NCBI GenBank assembly: GCA_031400455.1
Contig: JANNPX010000014.1
Coordinates: 13,076 to 77,075 of the forward strand
Origin: Chloroflexota bacterium
GTDB taxonomy: Bacteria > Chloroflexota > Dehalococcoidia > DSTF01 > JACRBR01
Direction: 5' to 3'
Length of the DNA stretch: 64,000 bases
Under the pieces are notes generated by a model that saw nothing but the letters and a program-made list of their open reading frames with translations, ran no database searches and was not told the origin of the DNA. This document shows positions 48,268 to 57,931 of this stretch, piece after piece. Made by a program: the position numbers and the translations under genes. Positions within the stretch are counted from its first letter, which is position 1, and the number at the start of each line of letters is the position of its first letter.

Positions 48268-49398
48268 ATGCGCACGAAACTTTGTGACCAGTTCGGGATC
48301 GAGTTCCCCATCTTCGCGTTTTCGCACTGCCGGGATGTTGTGGCGGCGGTGTCGAAGGCGGGGGGATTCGGGGTGCTGGGGGCGCTGGCGTTCTCGCCGG
48401 AGCAGCTGCAGATCGAGCTGGCGTGGATCGACGAGCACATCGACGGGAAGCCGTATGGCGTCGATATCGTGATGCCGGCGTCGTTGGCGGAAGGCGCGGC
48501 TGACGCGACGAAGTCGCAGCTCGAGGCGATGATCCCCCAGAAGCACCGCGAGTTCATCGAGGCGACTCTGTCGAAGTACGGCGTGCCGCCGCTGCCCGAA
48601 GGTGTCGCCGGCGCGGAGTCGCTGCTGGGGTGGACACCGTCGGGCGGGCACTCGCACGTCGATGTCGCGCTGAAGCACGACATCCGCCTGCTCGTCAACG
48701 CGCTCGGGCCGCCGCCGCCGGATGTCGTCGAGCAAGCGCACCGTCGCAACGTGCCTGTGGCGGCGCTGATCGGGTCGCCGGAGCAGGCGCTGAAGCAGGT
48801 CGCGGTGGGCGTCGACATCATCGTCGCGTCGGGGACGGAGGCGGGCGGGCACACGGGCGAGATCTCGACGATGGTGCTGACGCCGCAGGTCGTCGATGCG
48901 GTGTCGCCGACGCCGGTGCTCGCGGCGGGCGGCATCGGCACGGGACGCCAGATCGCGGCGGCGCTGGCGCTGGGTGCGGAGGGTGTGTGGACGGGGAGCG
49001 TGTGGCTGACGACGAAGGAGAGCGACCTGCAGCCGGCGGTCGTCGAGAAGGTGATGCACGCGACGTCGCGCGACACCGTGCGATCTCGCGCGATGACGGG
49101 CAAGCCGGCACGCCAGCTCCGTACGCCGTGGACGGAGGCATGGGAGTCGCCGGAATCGCCGGGAACGCTGCCGATGCCGCTGCAGTTCATGGCGACGGCG
49201 GAGGCGTACTCGCGCATGTTCCGCGCGGCGGAGGCTGACCCGAACTCGCCAGCGGCGCAACTTGCCGGGACGCCGATCGGGCAGATTGCGGGGATGATGA
49301 ACAGCGTGCGGCCGGTGCGGGAGGTCATCTTCGACATGGTGGAGGAGTACGCGACGGCCGTGGAGCGGCTGGAGGCGTTGGGGATCGCTGCTTCGTAG
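48268..49398 (+). CDS. Nitronate monooxygenase / FabK-like flavoprotein
   Basis: FAFSHCRDVV, GTEAGGHTG, VLAAGGIG, GVWTGSVW, TGKPARQL. Confidence 0.9.
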   Translation: MRTKLCDQFGIEFPIFAFSHCRDVVAAVSKAGGFGVLGALAFSPEQLQIELAWIDEHIDGKPYGVDIVMPASLAEGAADATKSQLEAMIPQKHREFIEATLSKYGVPPLPEGVAGAESLLGWTPSGGHSHVDVALKHDIRLLVNALGPPPPDVVEQAHRRNVPVAALIGSPEQALKQVAVGVDIIVASGTEAGGHTGEISTMVLTPQVVDAVSPTPVLAAGGIGTGRQIAAALALGAEGVWTGSVWLTTKESDLQPAVVEKVMHATSRDTVRSRAMTGKPARQLRTPWTEAWESPESPGTLPMPLQFMATAEAYSRMFRAAEADPNSPAAQLAGTPIGQIAGMMNSVRPVREVIFDMVEEYATAVERLEALGIAAS

Positions 49399-49409
49399 TG
49401 CAACCTCGT

Positions 49410-50015
49410 TCACGGTGGGGGTCTGTTAGCCTGCGCTGCGTCCAGCTCGCAGGCTTGGGCCACGATAAGGATGAGGTGCTCGAAGTCACCGATCTCTCGA
49501 AGGACTTCGCCGCGGTCGCCCACGATCTGTTTCAGCGTCGGACGGCCGCGATATGCCGGCTCGGGCGCTAGCTCCACTCGCGATACAGAGTCCCGATCGA
49601 ACGCAATGTATTGCAGGCAGGTGGTCCCGTCCGAGGCTGCGTACCAGGGATTCCCGATGTCGCCGACGCCGTCATCGAAAACGCGCCAGGCGTGCGCGAT
49701 GAGGCGGTCGCGAATGCTGCTTTTCACGCCGTCGATCTCAGAATTGGTTGCGTAGAAGTAGGTGTAGGCCGCGTCGTCTCCGACGCGGAGCTCACCACGG
49801 CCCACGCTTTGTTCACCAGTGAGTTCATACGGGCGCGCATAGCTTGCTAGGTGGGTATCGCCCGGCTGCGGGCTGCACTCCGTCGCTATCACAACCACTA
49901 GTGCGATCGCGCCGAAGAACGCCGCGATCAACCCGACGAGCGCCCCGATCGATGTGAGGATGGTTCGCCGCAAGAACGACCATCGTACGTGCACTGAAAC
50001 CTCCGAATTGACCAT
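49410..50015 (-). CDS. Hypothetical membrane-anchored protein
   Basis: Fills the intergenic gap; N-terminal TM; no recognised motif. Confidence 0.5.
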   Translation of the reverse strand: MVNSEVSVHVRWSFLRRTILTSIGALVGLIAAFFGAIALVVVIATECSPQPGDTHLASYARPYELTGEQSVGRGELRVGDDAAYTYFYATNSEIDGVKSSIRDRLIAHAWRVFDDGVGDIGNPWYAASDGTTCLQYIAFDRDSVSRVELAPEPAYRGRPTLKQIVGDRGEVLREIGDFEHLILIVAQACELDAAQANRPPP

Positions 50016-50175
50016 CGGCTACCGGTGCGTCGTTCGCTTCGCAAAGATACCCTCGAACGACCGACAATATCAGCGACCGATCGCCCGCGACCCGCCATGG
50101 AGACGGCCCTGAACGTACGCCGCTCTGCCGATATACTCGCACAATCCGACGCGCGAAGCCGAACGGGAGACACGC

Positions 50176-51339
50176 ATGACTACCGCAACTGCCAACGACC
50201 TGATCGCTACCGCTGTGTCGCTCGGGCCGACGATACGGGGGTTCGCGGATGAGACGGAGCGGGGGCGGCAGTGTCCGCCGGCGCTCGTCGAGATACTCCA
50301 CGAGAGCCGGCTGTTCGACATGATCCTGCCGAAGAAGTACGGCGGGCTGGAGACGGACATTCCGACGATGGTGCGCGTGCTGGAGGAGCTTGCAATCGCG
50401 GATGGGTCGACGGCGTGGGCGGTGGGCATCGGCGCGGGTACCAGCATCATCTCCGCTGCGCTGCCCGAAGCGACGGCGCGCGAGATCTACAAGCCACGCG
50501 TCGTCACCGGTGGCGCGCAGGCGCCGAACGGGCGGGCGGTGCCGGTCGACGGCGGATATCGCGTCAGCGGGCGCTGGGGATTCGCGAGCGGATGCACGCA
50601 CTGCTCTTGGCTCGTCGGCGGCACGCTGGTGATGGACGGCGACGCGCCGCGGATGATCGACGGGTTTCCGGATCTTCGGACGATGGTCTTTCCGGTGAGT
50701 GAGGTCGAGATCATCGACACGTGGAACGTGTCCGGCCTGCGCGGCACGGGCAGCCGCGACATGCAGGTGAAGGATGTATTCGTGCCGGAGGAACGCGCGG
50801 TGTCGTTTCTCGCGTCGCAGCAGCGCTATGTCGACGGTCCGACCTATCGCTTCCCGGTGCTGGGGTTCCTCGCGCTGACGATCGCGTCGATCCCGCTCGG
50901 CATCGCGCGACGTGCCATCGATGAATTGCTGGTGCTGGCCGGGTCGAAGATGCCGATGGGCAGCGCGAACAAACTCCGCGACCGCGGGGTCGTTCAGTAC
51001 GAGATCGCGCAGGCGGAAGCGAAGCTGCGATCAGCGCGGGCGTGGCTGTACGAGGTGACCGATGCGATGTGGGACCAGGTCGTCCGAGGCGATGAGGTGA
51101 GCATGCACGACCGGGCGATGCTGCGCTCGGCCTGCGCGCACGCGGCGATCGAATCTGCGCGCGCGGCGGACACGGCGTACACGCTCGGCGGGGGCACATC
51201 GATCTACGAGACGAGCGTGCTGCAGCGTTGCATGCGCGACACGCACGCCGCGACGCAGCACGTGATGCTGTCGCCGGCGAACTACGAGGTGGCCGGGCGG
51301 CTGATGCTGGGGCTGGCGCCCGCTTCGCCGATGGTGTGA
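50176..51339 (+). CDS. HsaA-like flavin-dependent monooxygenase (ACAD fold); paralog of 18190-19350
   Basis: DGSTAW, GRWGFASGC, DTWNVSGLRGTGS, LQRCMRD. Confidence 0.9.
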   Translation: MTTATANDLIATAVSLGPTIRGFADETERGRQCPPALVEILHESRLFDMILPKKYGGLETDIPTMVRVLEELAIADGSTAWAVGIGAGTSIISAALPEATAREIYKPRVVTGGAQAPNGRAVPVDGGYRVSGRWGFASGCTHCSWLVGGTLVMDGDAPRMIDGFPDLRTMVFPVSEVEIIDTWNVSGLRGTGSRDMQVKDVFVPEERAVSFLASQQRYVDGPTYRFPVLGFLALTIASIPLGIARRAIDELLVLAGSKMPMGSANKLRDRGVVQYEIAQAEAKLRSARAWLYEVTDAMWDQVVRGDEVSMHDRAMLRSACAHAAIESARAADTAYTLGGGTSIYETSVLQRCMRDTHAATQHVMLSPANYEVAGRLMLGLAPASPMV

Positions 51340-51389
51340 GGGGTAGCGGTCGGCTGGTCAGCGACTTCGCTCACGTCCGTACATTGGAT

Positions 51390-51413
51390 CACAGCCGGGG
51401 ACGGCTGTGCCAC
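51390..51413 (-). repeat. GTGG-type REP
   Basis: Reverse complement GTGGCACAGCCGTCCCCGGCTGTG. Confidence 0.7.
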
Positions 51414-51463
51414 ACGCTTCGCGTCTTGCGACTCGAAATCAACCTGCTTGTCGGCGACGTTCT

Positions 51464-52057
51464 CTAGTCCCAGCCGTAGCGTTGGGCTAGCTGGCCTACG
51501 TTCAGCGTTGGGGCGTGGCGTTCGAGGCCCATGGCGTGTCCCGTCTCGTGGAGGATGAGGCGGTTGCGGCGCGCCTCGATGTCCGGGCCGTCGGGGATGA
51601 TGTCGTTGAGGTAGATGTCCGCCTGGGCGATTTCTCCGTTGCAGTTCACCGGCAGCGTCGATGGCGGGTAATTGCAGGCGAGACCATCCGCATCGTAAAC
51701 GGTGGCGAATCCGCCGGCGCCGACGGGGAAGTTATAGCCGCGCAGCTCCGGCGGCTGGCGGTCGTTGTAGCGGTGGAACGTCATGATGATGTTCGCGCCG
51801 TCGATCTTGCGCTGGAACTCGATGCGGGGAGCCGCGTCGCCGTACGCCTCGATGGCGGCGTCGATGGCCGGTGTCCAGTCGGTGCCTCCCGTGTCGTCGA
51901 TGATGGCGATGCGGAGGGGTTCGGTGGAGCCGAATTCGTAGTTGAGCGCGGGGCGTCCACTGAACGGGATCGCGCCGCACGCTGTAGCGACGGCGGCGGC
52001 GAGCACGAGGGCCGTGATCGCGCAGGCGCGTTGCAGGGTGCGTGGGCAGGTGGGCAA
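51464..52057 (-). CDS. Lipoprotein, metzincin-like zinc metalloprotease
   Basis: Lipobox-like ATAC; ADIYLN; HETGHAMGLERH. Confidence 0.8.
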   Translation of the reverse strand: MPTCPRTLQRACAITALVLAAAVATACGAIPFSGRPALNYEFGSTEPLRIAIIDDTGGTDWTPAIDAAIEAYGDAAPRIEFQRKIDGANIIMTFHRYNDRQPPELRGYNFPVGAGGFATVYDADGLACNYPPSTLPVNCNGEIAQADIYLNDIIPDGPDIEARRNRLILHETGHAMGLERHAPTLNVGQLAQRYGWD

Positions 52058-52224
52058 GCTTGTCTGCCTGGCGGGGCAGTGTCATCGGCGGGGTACCGAT
52101 GTGACGTGCGCGGGTCACGCGGCGTCGTAGATCCAAACGGGGTGTTTGGGGCGGCGTGTCAAGTCGGGTGACTATGTTGGGGTTGCGGAGTGGATGAACT
52201 TGACGAGACGCGGCACCTTCGAAA

Positions 52225-52396
52225 CCGGAGCTGAAGCTCCCCGCTACGGAGGTCTCCGCCCGGCGGCGAGGGGATCGAGATGGAGTGGGTGCCTGAGTAC
52301 CGGGGCGCGATTGGATCGTAGGGCGGGCGCAACGGGTTGCGCCCCTACGGCCGATCGGTGGTTGCTACGGGGCCGGAGCTGAAGCTCCTCCGCTAC
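52225..52396. repeat. Cluster of GTAG-type REPs
   Basis: Two copies of CCGGAGCTGAAGCTCC..CGCTAC plus GGGCGCAACGGGTTGCGCCCCTAC. Confidence 0.7.
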
Positions 52397-52863
52397 GAGG
52401 TGGGGTGCTGGCTGTTATTGCGGGCGGGTTTGGGCCAGATGAGGTAGGCGATGGCGGCCCACTGGATGGTGTCAAGCGCCCAGTTGATGAGGGGAAGCTT
52501 GGCGAGTGAGGGGCCGATGGGGATCTCCGGGATGCACGGGGCGCGGTCGAGGGCGAGGTGGGAGCCGACGATGGCCATGCCGGCGAGGGTATCGACGATG
52601 AGGTCACGCTCGCCTTCGACGCTTTCGGCGCTGAGGATTCCTGCGAAGCCGGCGATCGCTCCGCCGGTCAGCGCGAACGCGCCGGTGTGCGTCCAGGTGC
52701 GGTGCATCTTCCACGCGTCGCGATGGATAAGCCATCCGAGCGGGATATCGATATCGGGCAGGTTGCCGGCGAAGGCCGCGGCCGCGAGGCCGGTGCGGGA
52801 TCTCACGCCCATGCGGCGGGCGATGGCCATCCCTATGAACGCGTGTCCGAACGGTGCTGCCAC
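52393..52863 (-). CDS. Membrane metal-dependent hydrolase (YdjM-like)
   Basis: GH.., LPDID, HRTWTH, SHLALD. Confidence 0.8.
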   Translation of the reverse strand: MAAPFGHAFIGMAIARRMGVRSRTGLAAAAFAGNLPDIDIPLGWLIHRDAWKMHRTWTHTGAFALTGGAIAGFAGILSAESVEGERDLIVDTLAGMAIVGSHLALDRAPCIPEIPIGPSLAKLPLINWALDTIQWAAIAYLIWPKPARNNSQHPTS

Positions 52864-52925
52864 GATGGATCCTTCCGCCTGATTCGTCGCGGACTCAGGA
52901 TATCGGACGCGATCGGCAGCTTCGC

Positions 52926-53819
52926 CTACGCGGCGCGCTCGGCCTTTTTCGCCGCGGCCGGTAGTGCGGTGACGCGCTCACCCGCTTCGGCGCCGCGCAG
53001 GATGCCGTTGAGGCGATCGGCGGCGCGGAGCACTTGCAGATCGATGCCGACGCTGCGGGCGAGATCGAGTAGCGATTTGCTGTCCTTCGGCAGGCACTTG
53101 CCGCCGTAGCCGCGGTAACCGGAGTCGAGCACGTCCATGTGCGACGCGCCGATGCGCAGGTCAGCGGCGACGATGTCGCGCACACTGTCGTAGCCGATGT
53201 CGAGGCGATCGCAGAGGTCGTAGATCTCGTTCGCGTAGCTCACCTTCACGGCGAGGAACGAGTTCGCGACGTATTTGGCCATTTCGGCTTCGCTGGCGCC
53301 GCAGATCTGCTCGTACGGGGCGCGTGGCATAAGCGCCATGATGCGCTCAGCATCGCCGGCGCTTTCCGCCGTGCATCCTACGATCTGGCGGTCGGGGCTG
53401 ATGAAGTCTTCGAAGGCCGTGGCCTCGCGCAAGAACTCTGGATTGAAGATGAAGCGGTGCTGCGGCATGCGCTCCTGGAGGAGCTGCGTTGTGCCGGGCA
53501 GCACGGTGGACTTGATGACGACGAGCCGGCTGCCGCGCACGGACGCCACGGCGGACAGGAGGTAGCTGTCGTCGAAGCCGTGCCCGGGCGAGTAGGGCGT
53601 CGGCACGCAGATGAACACTGTGTCGGCGTCGTCGAGCGCCTCCATGGAGGCGTAGCCCTTCGGCGGATCGTACACGCGCACGTCGTGGCCTGCGGACTCG
53701 AGGTAGGCACGCAGCGAGCCGCCAACGATGCCCGTTCCCATGATGCCGATGGCGCCCGTGGCGTCAGCGCCCTTGGCGTCAGGCTGCGTGTTTGGTAATG
53801 CCCGCATGCTGTACCCCAT
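52926..53819 (-). CDS. UDP-glucose/GDP-mannose dehydrogenase family protein lacking the C-terminal domain; start uncertain
   Basis: GTGIVG, ICVPTP, IKSTVLPGT, NPEFLRE, KYVAN, GYGGKCLPKD. Confidence 0.88.
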   Translation of the reverse strand: MGYSMRALPNTQPDAKGADATGAIGIMGTGIVGGSLRAYLESAGHDVRVYDPPKGYASMEALDDADTVFICVPTPYSPGHGFDDSYLLSAVASVRGSRLVVIKSTVLPGTTQLLQERMPQHRFIFNPEFLREATAFEDFISPDRQIVGCTAESAGDAERIMALMPRAPYEQICGASEAEMAKYVANSFLAVKVSYANEIYDLCDRLDIGYDSVRDIVAADLRIGASHMDVLDSGYRGYGGKCLPKDSKSLLDLARSVGIDLQVLRAADRLNGILRGAEAGERVTALPAAAKKAERAA

Positions 53820-54816
53820 TCTCGCTGTCGTTCTGTGTCGGCGCGGTGTGGACGACGCGCAACCGCGGCGCCTCGTCGGCCTTCGATGAGTTGTCTGACT
53901 TGAGGCGAAGCAACACGTCTTCGATCATGCGGCGGTTCCACGAGATCGCCGTCGCGAGCATGCCCATCATGATGAGTTGGACGCCGATGAAGGAGAGCAC
54001 AGTGCCGATGACGAGCGACTGCACATGCCCCTGCGTCTCGCCGGTGGCGGCGAGCACGCCGTAGCGCGCGAACGGTATCGCGCCGGCGAGGAGCAACAGG
54101 CTCCCGAGCGTGCCGTAGACCTGCATGGGCCGGTAGAGCAGGAAGCTGCGCAGGATGACGCCGCCGGCGCGGACGACGTGGCTGGCGATGCTCTTGATCA
54201 GGCGCGACGGCCGCGCCACGTGGCGCGCCGCGATCGGCACGTTGGCGATGCGGAGGCGCTGGTCGATGGCGTTGATCAGCGTCTCGTGTGTGTAGGTGTG
54301 GTCCGAGAGGACGTTGAGGCGCATGGCAGCTTCGGCGGTGTAGGCGCGGAAGCCAGTCGATACGTCGACGCCTGGCAGACGCAGCGCGCGTTGCATGATG
54401 TAGTTCGCGGCCTTGTTCCCGTACTTGTTGGCTTTCTTCATCGGCAGGTCGTCGATGAGCCGGCTGCCTATAGAGATGTCGGCCTCGTGCGCCAGGATGG
54501 GCGCGATGAGCTCGCCGATGCGGCTCTGGTCGTAGTGGTTGTCGGCGTCGGTGTTGACGATGATGCCGGCGCCGCGCGCGATGGCCTCGTTGAGCGCGAG
54601 CTTGAAGGTCGCAGCGAGTCCGCGCGTGGTGTGGTTCGAGATGACGTAATCCGCGCCGGCACGGAGCGCCTCCTCGACGGTGTCGTCGCGCGACCCGTCG
54701 TCGACGACGAGGACTTCGACGCGATCGATGCCGGGGAGCGAGCGCGGGATCTCGCGGATGACTTCGGCGATCGTCGGCGCTTCGTTGAGCGCCGGGATCG
54801 TAACGATGAGTTTCAC
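53779..54816 (-). CDS. GT2 glycosyltransferase (polyprenol-phosphate type) with 2 C-terminal TMs
   Basis: IPALNE, VVDDGSRD, TDADNHY, IGSR, TGFRAY. Confidence 0.92.
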   Translation of the reverse strand: MKLIVTIPALNEAPTIAEVIREIPRSLPGIDRVEVLVVDDGSRDDTVEEALRAGADYVISNHTTRGLAATFKLALNEAIARGAGIIVNTDADNHYDQSRIGELIAPILAHEADISIGSRLIDDLPMKKANKYGNKAANYIMQRALRLPGVDVSTGFRAYTAEAAMRLNVLSDHTYTHETLINAIDQRLRIANVPIAARHVARPSRLIKSIASHVVRAGGVILRSFLLYRPMQVYGTLGSLLLLAGAIPFARYGVLAATGETQGHVQSLVIGTVLSFIGVQLIMMGMLATAISWNRRMIEDVLLRLKSDNSSKADEAPRLRVVHTAPTQNDSENGVQHAGITKHAA

Positions 54817-54973
54817 GAAGAGACTCCCTTCTCTTATTCGAGAAGTGTCCGTCGAATCGTGGTGAGCGTCTGTGCGGGAACACCCTGCCCGCCGATTGGC
54901 AGTACCAGTAATGCTCCGCGCGAGTTTGCGGACGGCGCCCGTGTGGCGCCGGCCCGCCCCCTCTCCCCCGGGA

Positions 54974-55010
54974 ACACAAAGAAGACCCGATTGCAGGGTC
55001 TTCTTTGTGT
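54974..55010. terminator. Rho-independent terminator after the small surface-protein gene
   Basis: 15-bp perfect stem ACACAAAGAAGACCC-gattgca-GGGTCTTCTTTGTGT, 17 nt after the stop at 55028. Confidence 0.8.
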
Positions 55011-55027
55011 GCGGTTCTCGGTGCTTC

Positions 55028-55417
55028 TTACTGCTTGCGGCTGTTCGGCAAGCGTCCGGCGATGGTCAACGCGGTACCCGCGGCCAGAATCGAGCCGGCG
55101 AGTACGAGGAACAGCAGGCCGTGGCCGTTGCTGCCCGTGTCGCCGTAACCGGCCGAAGGAAGCGTGCCTGCGCCAGCCTGGTCACCCGTGTACGCGTTGC
55201 CGGCGGCGCCCGTCGGCGGCTCCACTGGCGACTGCGGCGGCGTGCTTGCTGCGGGCGTGGCGGCGGCGGTCGCAACTGCGGTCAGCGTCGGCGCCGGAGC
55301 GGTGTCCGTGCCGGCGCCGGACGTTGTCGTAACAGCCATGCCGGCAAAGGTGAGTGCGAGCACCGCGGCGCAAGCGCCGAGGGTCATGACTGCACGCTTC
55401 GACTTCACATTCAGCAT
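55028..55417 (-). CDS. Small Thr/Pro/Ala-rich secreted protein with a sortase-like LPSAG-TM-basic tail
   Basis: GGAGG RBS; signal peptide; LPSAG followed by a hydrophobic helix and RKQ. Confidence 0.75.
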   Translation of the reverse strand: MLNVKSKRAVMTLGACAAVLALTFAGMAVTTTSGAGTDTAPAPTLTAVATAAATPAASTPPQSPVEPPTGAAGNAYTGDQAGAGTLPSAGYGDTGSNGHGLLFLVLAGSILAAGTALTIAGRLPNSRKQ

Positions 55418-55771
55418 CGATCCTCCAATGTGTGTGTGGGCCACGTCGAAACGGCGACCCGATCCCTGTACCCCTTTGGTCTCTTGTTCATGGTCGGCGC
55501 GAGATGGCCCAACTTGAGGCTGATACTGGGCGAAAGTGACGCATTCCGCGTTACGGGGAGCTGGGCAGGAGCCGGAATCGGTGCGCCGCCGGCCGATTCA
55601 GGGGCGTTCCCTCACTGATTGCTGGGTGGTAGCCCCCGAGACTGTTGTTGAATCTGCCGGCGAGGCCGCGAAGGCCAACATCCGCACCAGCAACCGGTGC
55701 GGCGGCCGATGCCATAGACAGGGGTTTGGGATGACGCGAGGACGGATGGCCGCGCACCGCCTGGAACGTGC

Positions 55772-57796
55772 ATGCAGCTAACGGCGTCGATGGCGGCCGT
55801 GCCCGTGCGGCGGATACCCCATGTGGTGTCTGCGGTTGGTGCGGTGATCGCCTTCGTTGCGCTGGTTCTGCCTCTGGCGTTCGCGCACCCGGCGAACCTG
55901 ACATCCGACGAATCGCTGTATCTCGCTGAGGCGCACGCGCTGGCGAGCGGGCACGGGCTGGCGTATCCGTCGGGCGAGCCGGTGACGCATCGCGCGCCGC
56001 TTTATCCGCTAGTGCTTGCACCCGCTGTGGCGATTTCCGGCGACGATGGCGCCTATGCCGTGGTGAAGGCGATCATCATCATCAACGTGTTGCTGGTCGC
56101 GCTGATCGCATGGCGCATGGCGGGAGCGATCGGCGGCGCGGTGGCGGGCATCACGGCCGGGGGCTCGGCGTATCTCAACGGGCTCGGCACGACGCTCTAC
56201 CTCGATCCCCTCCAGAGCATGCTGATGCTGCTGGCGGTGGCAGCGCTTGCGGAGGCGATCCGGCGGCCGCATGTCGCGTGGTTCGCGGCTGCGGGCGCCA
56301 GCGTCGGATTGTCGTTTCTGGTCAAGGAAGCCGCGGTGCAATGGGTGCCGCTGGGCGTGCTGGCCTGGCTGGCGCTGCCGGCGCTGCGGACGCGCATCGG
56401 AGCGCGCGGCGCTGTGGCGTTTTCGATCGCGCTGGCGCTGGTTGTTACGCCGTGGTTCGTCTGGGTTTGGGTACAGACTGACACCGTGTTCATGTTCGGT
56501 CCGCCGGCGGGGGCGCGCGCGCTGGCTCTCGCGGTTGTAGCGGCGGGCGGCGTCGCCGGGGCGGCTGCGCTGTGGCGCGGACGGCCGCCGGTTGCGACGC
56601 GAACTGCGGTGCGCTTCGCGGCGCCGATCGCGATCGCGATTGGCGTGCTGTGGGGTGGCGCCGTGCTGTACACGCTGGAGCACGAGGACGCGTGGAACCA
56701 CACGATCGCCTACTGGCGCACCGTGCCGCGCTATCTGGCGGCTGTCGCGCCGTCGGCACAGCCGTACTTCCTGCTCGGCGGCGCGCTTTGCTGGCTGGGC
56801 GTGCGATCGGTCCGCCGTGACGATGATGCGCGATTGCTGGCGATCGTGGCGCTGATGTTCTTGCCGATCGCAGTGTTTGCGGCGAACCGGTCGCTGCAGC
56901 TGCGCGACGCGCTGCCGATCGTGTACATCGCGCACATCGCGCTTGGGATCGCCGCGGCAGACGCGGCGGGCGCCCTGCGGCGGTCGGTGACGCCGGGGCA
57001 GGCGCTGGCGCTGGGGCTGGTCGTTGCGGCGGCGGCGGGCGGTTTCGTGGTGCAGCAGGCGCGCTCGTTCACGTCGGCGAATGCGGACGCGGCGGCGATC
57101 GGCGCGCGAGCGGACTCGTGGGACAGTGACTTCGTGCGGGAGATCGCGGCCTCCATGGACGCGCACATCCCGACGGGCGCGAACGTGGTGAGCAGCCGGC
57201 TCTACTTTTCGAGCCTGTACGTGCACACGGACGAGCGCTACCGGATTCGCCAGATGCCGACCGTGGGCGTCGACGTTGTTGACGGCGATCAGGTGCTCAA
57301 GCGCCGATCGAACCTGTTCCGATGGGAGGACCATGACCTTCGGCCTGCGAAGGCCGGGGATACGTGGCTATGGCTGAAGCGCTACGAGGGCAAGAACTAC
57401 TGGGTCGGGCTTGGCGCGCAGGAGCTGCTCGAGTACTTGCCGGCCAACGATGTGGGCTACGTCCTGCTGACGGGCGAGGATCTGGCGTTCAGTTCGCTGC
57501 ACTCGGCCGCGTATCTCAGCGGGCATCCGGGCTTCAGGCTCATCGATAGCAAGCAGCGTTCGGCCTCGGAGCAGTTCTACCTGTACGCGGTGGACCGAAC
57601 GAAGCTCGAGCCGAAGGCTCACAGCACGGCGATCAGCCCGGAGGATGCGGCGCAACTGACGAGGGAGAGCGGGCGCAGCCTGGAGCAGATAGCGCGGGCG
57701 CTGGGCGCGCCCATGCGCGTGACGGACGAGAACTCCGGCCTATCACCGCCGGAGCAACAGGCCGCGGTGGAGGGTATCGACCTAGGCCTGCCGTAA
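55772..57796 (+). CDS. GT-C (ArnT/PMT-like) membrane glycosyltransferase
   Basis: TSDESLY after TM1, HRAPLYP, multi-TM core, FLVKE, soluble C-terminal domain. Confidence 0.82.
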   Translation: MQLTASMAAVPVRRIPHVVSAVGAVIAFVALVLPLAFAHPANLTSDESLYLAEAHALASGHGLAYPSGEPVTHRAPLYPLVLAPAVAISGDDGAYAVVKAIIIINVLLVALIAWRMAGAIGGAVAGITAGGSAYLNGLGTTLYLDPLQSMLMLLAVAALAEAIRRPHVAWFAAAGASVGLSFLVKEAAVQWVPLGVLAWLALPALRTRIGARGAVAFSIALALVVTPWFVWVWVQTDTVFMFGPPAGARALALAVVAAGGVAGAAALWRGRPPVATRTAVRFAAPIAIAIGVLWGGAVLYTLEHEDAWNHTIAYWRTVPRYLAAVAPSAQPYFLLGGALCWLGVRSVRRDDDARLLAIVALMFLPIAVFAANRSLQLRDALPIVYIAHIALGIAAADAAGALRRSVTPGQALALGLVVAAAAGGFVVQQARSFTSANADAAAIGARADSWDSDFVREIAASMDAHIPTGANVVSSRLYFSSLYVHTDERYRIRQMPTVGVDVVDGDQVLKRRSNLFRWEDHDLRPAKAGDTWLWLKRYEGKNYWVGLGAQELLEYLPANDVGYVLLTGEDLAFSSLHSAAYLSGHPGFRLIDSKQRSASEQFYLYAVDRTKLEPKAHSTAISPEDAAQLTRESGRSLEQIARALGAPMRVTDENSGLSPPEQQAAVEGIDLGLP

Positions 57797-57931
57797 GGGC
57801 AGGTAGGGGAGCGAGCGGCGGCGCGTAGGTGGTTCGCTGAGTGCGTGCGCGCTCCGGCCTGCACATACTCCAATAGGTACGCGCGCGACGCCGATGGCGA
57901 TCGCGAGGAGCGCTACCCCGGGGAGTGGAAC

